This document shows positions 56,139 through 64,000 of a stretch of 64,000 nucleotides of DNA, in pieces. This DNA comes from an uncultured bacterium (lineage in GTDB: Bacteria; Patescibacteriota; Saccharimonadia; UBA4664): contig CAVUEQ010000001.1 of NCBI GenBank assembly GCA_963740635.1, positions 17,026 through 81,025 of the forward strand. The letters run 5' to 3'. Position numbers and translations under genes: made by a program. Every line of letters starts with the position of its first letter. Position 1 is the stretch's first letter. The notes under the pieces were generated by a model that was not told the origin of the DNA, did no database searches, and saw only the letters and a program-made list of their open reading frames with translations.

Positions 56139-56187
56139 CTTTGCTAGTTGGACGACCTCGGGCTCGGGATGTGTTAATATCCAGATA

Positions 56188-57135
56188 ATGCTTGTGTTTC
56201 CGAAGTACAGCCATCATTCGTTGACCGGCCGCTTGGTGCATCACAGGGAAACGTCGTATGCCCTGCTGATGTTTATGGTGCTGGGAGTGGGGCTGTTGCT
56301 CGGGAGTGTGACCTGGTCGGGGGCGCAGGCGGCGGCCGATGGCAGCGGCTCCTACACGGTGAACGCAGTCGTCCCGCCGCCGAGGCCTGATAAGCCGGTG
56401 ATTATTACCGCGCCGGCTAGCGGGCAAGTATTTAATACTAATCCGGTGACGGTGGAGGGGACCTGTCCGTCGGGGGCGATCGTGAAGGTGTATAGCAACG
56501 GGATTTTGGTGGGGAGCATAATTTGCGGCGCGAACGGGCGGTTCAGTATTCAGGTGGACCTAGTGATTGGCACCAACGATTTGACGGCGGTGGCAGTGAA
56601 CTCCATCGACCAGGAAGGACCGCCAGGCAATAAGGTGAGGGTGACGTTGAATGAGCCGCCCGGCGGCCTGGGTTTTTCGACTGAGTTGATTCTGCAGTCC
56701 GAGAACTATTTCCGGGGGACGAAGCCGGGGCAAGAAATAGTCTGGCCGATTGAGATAATCGGCGGCCAGGCTCCCTATGCGGTGAACGTGGACTGGGGTG
56801 ACGGCACGAGCGACCTGATTACGCGGCTGGCGCCGGGGCCGTTCACGGTGAAGCACACTTACGAGAAGGTGGGGACGGGGTACCTGAGTTCGTTCCCGTT
56901 GATTATCCGGGCAACCGATGCGGCGGGGCATACGGCCTTCCTGCAACTGACGACGATCGTAAACGCGGTGACAGGGGCGACTTCGAGCGCGGGCAACACA
57001 CCCAATGGCACGGTGAGCAACGTGCTGGTGCTATGGCCGTTGTGGATTGTGCTATTGCTGCTTCTGGTGGCGTTTTGGCTGGGTGAGTGGCGCGAGAAGC
57101 ACAAGCTCGAGAAACGGTTGGCGGCGCTGGCGTAG
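56188..57135 (+). CDS. Surface protein with Ig-like and PKD domains, N- and C-terminal TM segments
   Basis: VDWGDGT PKD hallmark; an Ig-like segment (PVTVEGTCPSGAIVKVYSNG); C-terminal LWPLWIVLLLLLVAFWL anchor. Confidence 0.75.
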   Translation: MLVFPKYSHHSLTGRLVHHRETSYALLMFMVLGVGLLLGSVTWSGAQAAADGSGSYTVNAVVPPPRPDKPVIITAPASGQVFNTNPVTVEGTCPSGAIVKVYSNGILVGSIICGANGRFSIQVDLVIGTNDLTAVAVNSIDQEGPPGNKVRVTLNEPPGGLGFSTELILQSENYFRGTKPGQEIVWPIEIIGGQAPYAVNVDWGDGTSDLITRLAPGPFTVKHTYEKVGTGYLSSFPLIIRATDAAGHTAFLQLTTIVNAVTGATSSAGNTPNGTVSNVLVLWPLWIVLLLLLVAFWLGEWREKHKLEKRLAALA

Positions 57136-57146
57136 TTTGACCGGGG

Positions 57147-58268
57147 TTATTGCGCTACCCAGTAATTAAATGAATAGCTGGTGGCGTTGCCGTTGCCCGC
57201 GATAGTGGCGGCGCCGACGGTGAAACTGTTGGCGCTGGCGGTGACGTACGGCTGCAAGACGGCGGCGCCCCGGCCGACCGGAGTAATGACGACGGTGGGC
57301 GCGACCGGGTAGTTGGTCCGGAAGTTGACAGTGACCAGGTTGGCGCCGCCGGATAGGGGACCGGTAGGCTTGATGGTAATGGTGACCGTGCCCGATGAGT
57401 CGGTGCCGGATACCGAGGCGCTTTCGGTGAAGCTGGAGGCGGGGGCGGCGGTGGAGTTGGAGCCGCCGATATTGACGTGGCCGTTGAGGTTTAGCGTGCC
57501 GGTGACCGACAAGTTGGTGACGGTGATAGCGCCTGCGGATACCGAGCCGCCGAAGCTGCCGTTGCCGGTGGCGGAGAGGTTGCCCTTAAAGGAGCCGCCG
57601 GAGTTGAAGAGCGCCGGGCTCTGGACGGTCAGCGGGCCGTCGACCGTGAGCTGGCCGCGGACATTGGTGACGCCGAGGGTAGAGGTCTTGTTGACGGTGA
57701 GGTCGCCGAGCTGGGAGGAACCGGTGACCTCGAGGCCGCCGGTGACTTTGAGGTCGGACGAGACGGCGACCCGGTTCTTAAATAATGAGGATGAGCTAAT
57801 GGTGAGGACTTCGGATGAGTTGCCGGCCGTGTTGCCCTGGAAGAACGCGCCGAGTTTATCGAGGTCTGACTTATCAAGTGTAGTGACTTTGGGCGCTGGT
57901 GCGGGTTTGGCGTTGTTTTTGGTGACAAAGTAATAGCCGCCGGTGACGACCGCCGCGGCCACTACGGCGCCGAGGGCGGTGAAGAGAGTGGTCATGATGT
58001 CGGCGCGGCGGTAGATGGAGGTGAGCGAGGACTTGCCCTTGGGAACGGAGAGGTGGGTTTCGCCGCGCCTAAGCACCGTGGGGACCGTGCCGTCGGAGAG
58101 CGCCTCGGCTTGGATTTTGCCTTCGGCTTGGTCCCCGGCCGCCTTGCCGTCGCCGGTCTTGACGTCGGTGACGTCCGTGACTGCCGGCGAGATGCTGGCA
58201 GCTGAAGGCGGTTGCTCGGACGGCTTTTGTGTAGCCGGATCGGGATTGGGTTTGGGGTCGTCGGCCAT
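57147..58268 (-). CDS. Membrane-anchored protein with an extracellular beta-helical G/T/S-rich repeat region
   Basis: P/acidic cytoplasmic N-terminus, one TM, then repeats such as LKVTGGLEVTGSSQLGDLTV / LSATGNGSFGGSVSAGAITV. Confidence 0.75.
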   Translation of the reverse strand: MADDPKPNPDPATQKPSEQPPSAASISPAVTDVTDVKTGDGKAAGDQAEGKIQAEALSDGTVPTVLRRGETHLSVPKGKSSLTSIYRRADIMTTLFTALGAVVAAAVVTGGYYFVTKNNAKPAPAPKVTTLDKSDLDKLGAFFQGNTAGNSSEVLTISSSSLFKNRVAVSSDLKVTGGLEVTGSSQLGDLTVNKTSTLGVTNVRGQLTVDGPLTVQSPALFNSGGSFKGNLSATGNGSFGGSVSAGAITVTNLSVTGTLNLNGHVNIGGSNSTAAPASSFTESASVSGTDSSGTVTITIKPTGPLSGGANLVTVNFRTNYPVAPTVVITPVGRGAAVLQPYVTASANSFTVGAATIAGNGNATSYSFNYWVAQ

Positions 58269-58343
58269 GGGATCCTAAATGCTCACAACTTTACCCATGT
58301 ATCATACCGCTTGTGGTTGACGGGTACAAACACTATCGTAATC

Positions 58344-59096
58344 ATGATACTGTTTATGGTATATGGAGAAGCGATTGGAGGCCTTGGCGTGAGGGATGAC
58401 CAGGTGCGCCGGCAGATTGAGTATGCGGCTCGTGTGAACGGGGAGACCCCGGCTGAGGTAGTAGCCGAGGTGGAAGACGATGATGTGTGGCAGGGAGACG
58501 ACGGCGAGGGCAAGACCCGGGGATGGCCGCACCTCATTGCCCGGTACACCTCGCTCGTGGCGGTAGGAGCCATGCTCGGGTTTACGATCATCGGCACGAT
58601 GAAGTTCGTGAATGATCCGGTGGTGGCGAAGGGCACGTCTTTGGGGGCAGCGACGGCTTCGGTGGCGCCGGCGCCTGGGACGGCTCAGACGAGCGTGCTG
58701 CAGGGGCTGAATTTCCAGTTTTCGTATTCTTCGATGTTTGACCAGGTGGCCCAGCAAAAAAGCGGCGCGAACTTTATCGAGCAATACATGCTGAGCTCGA
58801 AGGTGACGACCGCTCACCAAGTGGCGGTGGGGCTGGAGAATTTCAAAGGAAGTTCATTGAACGACTTATCGGACTGGGAGCTGCGCAAGAACCAGCCAAA
58901 CGTCTACACCGAGCGGCTCGACAAAAGCGGCAGCGACCCGATCGGGATAATGACAAAGAGCGATAAGACTGAGCAAAGTATGTTTTGGATTCACGGCGAC
59001 AAGGTGCTCGAGATATCCGTGACAACCTCTGATCCCAAAGACAACGTTGAGTCGATAATGACCGTCATCAAAGGGTCACTGAAATGGCGCAGGTGA
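58344..59096 (+). CDS. Membrane-anchored hypothetical protein, first gene of the surface operon
   Basis: Acidic N-terminus, one TM (LVAVGAMLGFTIIGTM), about 170-aa ectodomain. Start could be 58344 or 58356. Overlaps the next gene by 13 nt. Confidence 0.6.
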   Translation: MILFMVYGEAIGGLGVRDDQVRRQIEYAARVNGETPAEVVAEVEDDDVWQGDDGEGKTRGWPHLIARYTSLVAVGAMLGFTIIGTMKFVNDPVVAKGTSLGAATASVAPAPGTAQTSVLQGLNFQFSYSSMFDQVAQQKSGANFIEQYMLSSKVTTAHQVAVGLENFKGSSLNDLSDWELRKNQPNVYTERLDKSGSDPIGIMTKSDKTEQSMFWIHGDKVLEISVTTSDPKDNVESIMTVIKGSLKWRR

Positions 59097-60148
59097 CGTG
59101 GCCGTGGGTGACGGCATCGGTGCTGAGCTTGCTGGTGGCCTCACTGCCGGCTAGCTATAACTTCAAACTGAATTCGTACGGGTTTGGCAACGGCGGGACG
59201 GCAGGGAGCGGGTCAACCACCTACAAAGTGAACGGTTTGGCCGGCGAGGTGGCGGGCTCGTCCTCCTCGACAAACAAAAAGGTGGGGGCCGGCGAGAACT
59301 ATGAAAAGCAGGCCAACGTGCCGACGATCACAATTTCCAATGACGACAACTGGTATAACAAGCTAAAGATTGTGATCGGCCCCGAGGGTAATCCCACTGA
59401 CGCCAAGTTTGCCGTGGCCATTTCCACCGACAATTTCGCCAGCGATACCCGGTATATCAAGAGCGACTTGTCGATAGGCAGCAGTTTGAGCTTTAGCGAC
59501 TACCTGACGTATGCGGCATGGGGCAGCGGCACCGGGTCGATGATCCGGGGGCTGAGCCGCAGCACCGTTTACTCGGTGAAGGCGAAGGCCTGGCGCGGGC
59601 AGTTTACCGAGAGCGGCTGGGGGCCGGTGGCCAGCGCCAGCACGGTGGATCCGCAAATTTCGTTTGATATCGATGTGGCAGCAACTGATATCAGCACAAA
59701 TCCGCCGTATGATGTGGATTTCGGCAATCTGGCGGTCAACACCGTGAATGACTCGCCTGAGCGGGTGTGGATAAGTCTGTCGACGAATGCCGAATCGGGT
59801 GGCAAGGTGTATGTGAGCGGGCAAAACGCCGGGCTCAAGAGTGACTCGGCGTCGCACACGATTGCGGCTTTGACAGGGGATTTGGCGGCCCAGAGCGAGG
59901 GCTTTGGGGCGCAGGATGCGAGCGTGAGCCAGACGTCCGAGGGTCCGCTGGCGATGTCGTCGCCCTACGACGGCACGGCCGATAACGTGGGCACGGTGGA
60001 CGGGGTGATACGCGAGATCTTCACCACGCCGGGGCCGATCGTGGGGGGCCGAGGGTCATTTATTTTAAAAGCAAAATCACAATTCTTAACTCCGGCATCC
60101 AGTGATTACCAGGAGGTGTTGACCGCCATTGCAAGCGCTAGTTTCTAG
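59084..60148 (+). CDS. Secreted FN3 plus WxL-like beta-sandwich protein
   Basis: Signal peptide. SYNFKLNSYGFGNGG motif. FN3-like block (KFAVAISTDNF...TVYSVKAKAWRG). ISFDIDV...VDFGNL...VWISLSTNAESGGKVYVSGQNAGLKS block. C-terminal ...SDYQEVLTAIASASF. Confidence 0.75.
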   Translation: MAQVTWPWVTASVLSLLVASLPASYNFKLNSYGFGNGGTAGSGSTTYKVNGLAGEVAGSSSSTNKKVGAGENYEKQANVPTITISNDDNWYNKLKIVIGPEGNPTDAKFAVAISTDNFASDTRYIKSDLSIGSSLSFSDYLTYAAWGSGTGSMIRGLSRSTVYSVKAKAWRGQFTESGWGPVASASTVDPQISFDIDVAATDISTNPPYDVDFGNLAVNTVNDSPERVWISLSTNAESGGKVYVSGQNAGLKSDSASHTIAALTGDLAAQSEGFGAQDASVSQTSEGPLAMSSPYDGTADNVGTVDGVIREIFTTPGPIVGGRGSFILKAKSQFLTPASSDYQEVLTAIASASF

Positions 60149-60206
60149 TCTAGGAGCCATTTTTCGCTCGTTTATGTTGTTGTGGAAAACACATGTTGTA
60201 AAAGTG

Positions 60207-60236
60207 TTGACAAGCATAAGCAGTGTCTTGTACACT
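60207..60236 (+). promoter_or_regulatory. Candidate internal promoter
   Basis: TTGACA, 18 nt (containing AGCATAAG), TACACT, in an AT-richer spacer. Confidence 0.5.
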
Positions 60237-60317
60237 GGTGACAAATCCGTAATAACCAAAAAGTCTGCGGTCTACAAACAAACAGACCAAAGAGAAAAAG
60301 TAAAAGAGAGATCAAAA

Positions 60318-61586
60318 GTGAAAGCGAAAAGAACTGGATATTTCAAACGACGGCTTGTTATAGCTGCTGTTATCGCTACGTTGATGCAGCTGCTGGCGCC
60401 GTCATTTTCGAATAACGCAAACGCTGTTGCTGGCGAGCAGTTCCAGGAATTGTTCCTCCGTCCAGACCGCTTGCAGGCGGCTTCGGTAATCGGCGTGCTG
60501 GTGTGTGCTTTGCCCTCGCCGCAGACCAACACTGACACTGAAGCAACCGTGGACGTGACCTTCCCGACAGACAGCACCACGGACTTCACTGTGAGTGCAG
60601 TGGCCAACATCTTTGACGCCAGTACTGCGGCGAACGACTTGCCGCCGGACATCGACTCCAACGCGGACCCGAACTCGTATGCTGCGGGTGACCGCAACTA
60701 CGAGATGTGGCCTGGACCAGTGACGGCAGGCGTATTGCCTGAAGCTTCGCAGTCGGGTAAAACTGTCACCTTCACCTCCGGCGACCTGCCAAACATTCCC
60801 GTTAAGACATTGTCGTCATTAACCGGCGCTGACGCCGACCCGATTGTGTACTGCTTCCACACCGGCGCGGGTCTGACTGTCGGTGGTGCGACCGGGGCCG
60901 AGAACATCTCGGGTGCTAGCGTGACGACCAAAACCAGCACGCCGACCGACATTAACTCAACCAACTGGGCCTTCACGCCGGTGACCAACGATCACATCGA
61001 CGTTTCCGCTACCGTGCCTCCGAACTTCACCCTGTCGCTGGGCGCTAACACCAACACGTTCGGCACGCTCTCAACGACCGCGGTAACGTCCACTGCTGGA
61101 GTGGCAGCCACGATTTCGACCAATGCCAAGTCCGGATGGATAGCGTGGGTGAAAGATTCCAATACTGGCATGCACTCCACCACAGCCAACTACACTATCG
61201 ATTCGGGACTCAAGACCGACAGCCCGGTCTTCCCGACCCAGCAATATACAGTTACTAGTAATGCCTTCCAGCTGGTGCCAAGCGCCTTGGGTCCGCCGGC
61301 CCATCCGACCGAAGGCTACGCCCTGGACATTGACCTCACGAGTGCGAACAGCGGTGGCTGCACCCCGGCAATCGACCCGCTCTACGACTACTCGGCCGGT
61401 ACTGACGGCGGCGGCTTCCTCACCAGCAGCTACTATAAGCGGGCGGCCAGCTGCACCGGTGCGGTGCCTGCCACCTCCGACGGTGACACCCTCACGCTAA
61501 TTGAGCGGGCGGTGATCCGGCCGGGAACTCCAGCCGCGTCCGACTACAGCGACACCATCTACGTCGTAGGCGCTGGCAACTTCTAA
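60318..61586 (+). CDS. Secreted two-domain surface protein, WxL-like C-terminal domain (paralog 1)
   Basis: GTG start gives the signal peptide VKAKRTGYFKRRLVIAAVIATLMQLLAP...ANA. Blocks FLRPDRLQA, VTFPTD, VSATVPPNFTLSLGANTNTFGTL, ISTNAKSGWIAWVKDS. C-terminal SDYSDTIYVVGAGNF. Confidence 0.75.
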   Translation: MKAKRTGYFKRRLVIAAVIATLMQLLAPSFSNNANAVAGEQFQELFLRPDRLQAASVIGVLVCALPSPQTNTDTEATVDVTFPTDSTTDFTVSAVANIFDASTAANDLPPDIDSNADPNSYAAGDRNYEMWPGPVTAGVLPEASQSGKTVTFTSGDLPNIPVKTLSSLTGADADPIVYCFHTGAGLTVGGATGAENISGASVTTKTSTPTDINSTNWAFTPVTNDHIDVSATVPPNFTLSLGANTNTFGTLSTTAVTSTAGVAATISTNAKSGWIAWVKDSNTGMHSTTANYTIDSGLKTDSPVFPTQQYTVTSNAFQLVPSALGPPAHPTEGYALDIDLTSANSGGCTPAIDPLYDYSAGTDGGGFLTSSYYKRAASCTGAVPATSDGDTLTLIERAVIRPGTPAASDYSDTIYVVGAGNF

Positions 61587-61652
61587 AAATCCGTACCCAA
61601 GAATAGCGCTTCCTCCTGGCATCACCCGGGGGGAAGTTTTTTCCCCGCATGT

Positions 61653-61680
61653 CTTGCAAGGTTCTTATGCTTCGTATAAA
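61653..61680 (+). promoter_or_regulatory. Candidate internal promoter
   Basis: CTTGCA, 16 nt (containing CTTATGCT), TATAAA. Preceded by the hairpin ggggaa-gttt-ttcccc (about 61633-61648). Confidence 0.4.
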
Positions 61681-61713
61681 CTGGTTCTAAATAGTAGTTG
61701 CGCTGGAGAATTT

Positions 61714-62811
61714 ATGCAAAATCGTCTGCATGTCCCGTTGAGGATGGCAGTATCAGTAACAGTTGTATTGTGTGCGGTGGCGCAGTTTCTCCCTATGCCG
61801 GCCAGCGCGGTGTTTACTCAGGCGTATGTGCGGCTGGACCGCATGAAGGCCTCGACGGCATCAGGCGGGTTGGTGTGCGCCAAGCCGGCGACTGTGGGCA
61901 CTGAGGACCATGTAATCATTACGTTCCCGACCGACTTTACGTTGGATACTACAATCACGGCGGGCCACTGGACTGTGGATACATCGGCTGCGGCACTGTC
62001 CGGCACCGGTGCGACTGCCTGGCCTGGGCCTACAACCGATCCGGTAGCTACGGCGGTGGTGGACGGCTCGGGTACTGAGAGCGTGACGTTCTCATCCGGA
62101 GACTTAACAGTGGGCACGTTGTACTGCTTTGCATTCACGGCCGGGATTACCTCGACGGGTGCAGCAGCAAACAGCAAGCAGGGGAGCATTGAAAACCAAA
62201 CCTCTGGCAACGCTGCCATTGACCACACTGATTTGGCCTGGTCGATCATAACGGATGACCAAGTGGTCGTGTCGGCTACGGTACCGCCGATCTTCAGCCT
62301 GACGCTGCAGAGCAATGCGGATGCCTTTGGCAATTTGGATCCTACGGCCGTTTCGGTAACCACTGGTAATTACGCGGAAATAAGTACTAACGCGAAAGGC
62401 GGTTGGATCACCTGGGTGAAATCGGCTCAGCAGGGGTTGCATTCAACCAACGCGTCGAAAACTATCGCTACCACCGGGACGTTGAGCTCAGGCACCTATG
62501 CCAATGGAGTGCCGGATGGAACAGTTAACACTCTGACTGCCGGTGCGGAAGGCTACGCCATCAGCGCGAGTAATGACGGCTACGGTGGAGGCGGCAGCAG
62601 TACGTGCACGATATCGGTTGCCAGCGAATACAGCGGATCGGCCACAACCGGCGGCAGTGCGATGGGTAATTACCAGCCGGTGGGATCATGCAACTCGCCG
62701 ACCGACAAGACGCGTATCAGGGTGAAGGAGCTGGCATCAATCGGCTACACTACGCCGGCCAGTTCCGATTATGGCGACACCTTGACGATCGTGGCGGCTG
62801 GTAACTTCTAG
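61714..62811 (+). CDS. Secreted two-domain surface protein, WxL-like C-terminal domain (paralog 2)
   Basis: GGAGA RBS; signal peptide ...FLPMPASA. Blocks YVRLDRMKA, ITFPTDFT, VSATVPPIFSLTLQSNADAFGNL, ISTNAKGGWITWVKSA. C-terminal SDYGDTLTIVAAGNF. Confidence 0.75.
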   Translation: MQNRLHVPLRMAVSVTVVLCAVAQFLPMPASAVFTQAYVRLDRMKASTASGGLVCAKPATVGTEDHVIITFPTDFTLDTTITAGHWTVDTSAAALSGTGATAWPGPTTDPVATAVVDGSGTESVTFSSGDLTVGTLYCFAFTAGITSTGAAANSKQGSIENQTSGNAAIDHTDLAWSIITDDQVVVSATVPPIFSLTLQSNADAFGNLDPTAVSVTTGNYAEISTNAKGGWITWVKSAQQGLHSTNASKTIATTGTLSSGTYANGVPDGTVNTLTAGAEGYAISASNDGYGGGGSSTCTISVASEYSGSATTGGSAMGNYQPVGSCNSPTDKTRIRVKELASIGYTTPASSDYGDTLTIVAAGNF

Positions 62812-62812
62812 A

Positions 62813-63868
62813 ATGACCAAGGCAACGAGACGGTTCTGGCTGGCGGCATTAGCTGTGGTGATGGTGTGGGGGATGGGCCTGCCGCAAGCCGCGGTGGCTG
62901 CAGATGTCCCGACCCAGTTGCAGCTAACCTCGTCACCGCTGCCGGTGGACTTGGAGGTGCCGCCCGGCCACTCGGTTTCGACGGATCTGCGGGTGAAGCA
63001 AAGCAGTACCGATACGGCGAAGTTGAAGGTATCCCTGATGAAGTTTGGGGCCTATGGGGATACCGGCCAGCCGGAAATTATGGACCGGGAGCCCGGTGAT
63101 GATTATTTTGACTGGGTGAAATTCGATAAGACGACGTTCGACGCTCCGAGAGATGTTTGGCAAACCGTCAAAATGACGATAAATGTGCCCAAGACGGCGG
63201 CGTTTGGCTATTACTATGCGGTGGTCTTTTCCCGGGTTGGCGACGACGTGAAGCGGGGCAACCGGACCAACTCCATATCCGGCCAGACGGCGTCACTGGT
63301 ACTACTGGATGCGGTATCGCCCAATGCTAAGAGGATCCTGCAGGTGGAATCATTTACTGTGGCGCATAGAGTGTACGAGTTTTTGCCGGCTGAATTTGAC
63401 GCCAAGCTGGCTAATAAAGGCAATGTCCATGCGGTGCCGCATGGCGACGTTTTTGTGTCGAAGGGTGGCAAAACGGTGGCGGTTTTACCGATCAACGGCG
63501 GGTTTGGGAATGTGTTGCCAAATAGCAAGAGGATTTTTTCGATCGATTGGGACACTGGCTTCCCCGTATACCAGAAAACTAACAAGATGGACAAGAAGGG
63601 CAACCCGGTGATGAAATTGAACTGGGATTGGTCAAAGGCCAATACATTCCGCATGGGGTATTACAAGGCCCATTTGCTGGCGGTGTATGACGATGGCAAG
63701 CGGGATGTTCCTATGGAAGCGGAAGTGAACTTCTGGGTGCTTCCGTGGAGAATCCTGGCGGTGATACTGCTAATATTGCTCGCGATCGGAGTCCTGGTGT
63801 ACACCTCGGTGCGCAGGACGGTGGGCGAGGCAATGCGGCTGGGCCGTCGCGGCCGTCCGCGGAGGTAG
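62813..63868 (+). CDS. DUF916/DUF3324-like (WxL-interacting-protein-like) surface protein with C-terminal TM anchor
   Basis: Signal peptide. Two beta-rich domains (YFDWVKFDKTTFDAP...MTINVPKTAAFGYYYAVVF; ...GYYKAHLLAVYDDG). C-terminal TM plus RRGRPRR tail. Starts 2 nt after the upstream stop. Confidence 0.7.
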   Translation: MTKATRRFWLAALAVVMVWGMGLPQAAVAADVPTQLQLTSSPLPVDLEVPPGHSVSTDLRVKQSSTDTAKLKVSLMKFGAYGDTGQPEIMDREPGDDYFDWVKFDKTTFDAPRDVWQTVKMTINVPKTAAFGYYYAVVFSRVGDDVKRGNRTNSISGQTASLVLLDAVSPNAKRILQVESFTVAHRVYEFLPAEFDAKLANKGNVHAVPHGDVFVSKGGKTVAVLPINGGFGNVLPNSKRIFSIDWDTGFPVYQKTNKMDKKGNPVMKLNWDWSKANTFRMGYYKAHLLAVYDDGKRDVPMEAEVNFWVLPWRILAVILLILLAIGVLVYTSVRRTVGEAMRLGRRGRPRR

Positions 63869-63889
63869 CGCGTGAGAGCGAGGGGGGTT

Positions 63890-64000
63890 ATGGCCGGTGC
63901 CTGGTTGGTTGCGGCTGTGATGTGGCCGGGCCAGATTGGCGCCGAGGGGGGTACCGGGGTGGCCGTTTCGCCGGCATACCAGGAGCTGGAGATACCGGCC
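63890..64000 (+). CDS. Partial ORF (5' end) of a further secreted protein, truncated by the window edge
   Basis: GAGGGGGG RBS plus ATG; MAGAWLVAAVMWPGQIGAEGGTGVAVSPAYQELEIPA; open to the window end. Confidence 0.4.
   Translation, partial: MAGAWLVAAVMWPGQIGAEGGTGVAVSPAYQELEIPA

Overview
GC-rich chromosomal window, most consistent with a Saccharibacteria (TM7)/CPR bacterium. The 16S carries the TM7-type U at E. coli position 912, the 23S is heavily interrupted, and many genes encode surface proteins. All E. coli rRNA positions below come from my manual alignment to remembered reference sequences. The rRNA genes are unlinked. 16S (351-1823) has its own promoter, processing stem and terminator. 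23S-5S (5572-10062) lies 3.7 kb downstream behind its own promoter. The gap holds two membrane-protein genes, an inverted tRNA-Ile/tRNA-Ala pair, an MBL hydrolase gene and an intact IS1595-family element. The 23S carries two homologous group I introns at L1917 (with a LAGLIDADG homing endonuclease) and L1951 (ORF-less), flanking a 34-bp exon, plus a ~190-nt hairpin expansion. The core of the window (16-55 kb) is housekeeping: frameshifted rpsA, ylxR, infB, rbfA, fmt, def, priA, secDF, recJ, rel, hisS, rpsU, adk, map, ftsA, ftsZ, yggT, T-box-controlled ileS, a SEDS protein and rplU. Two accessory surface loci stand out. (1) At 10.1-15.6 kb there is a non-cellulosomal cohesin-dockerin assembly: a membrane-anchored double-cohesin scaffoldin, a cohesin-3xFN3-dockerin adaptor, a CBM-like dockerin protein and a beta-helix protein. 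(2) At 56-64 kb there is an island of secreted and anchored proteins. Its core (58.3-64 kb) resembles Firmicute Csc/WxL surface-complex operons: three WxL-like beta-sandwich proteins plus DUF916/DUF3324-like membrane-anchored proteins. A second, diverged IS1595-family copy with an intact target-site duplication sits just downstream of rplU. No CRISPR array was seen. All family assignments come from motif reading by eye and need HMM or structure confirmation.
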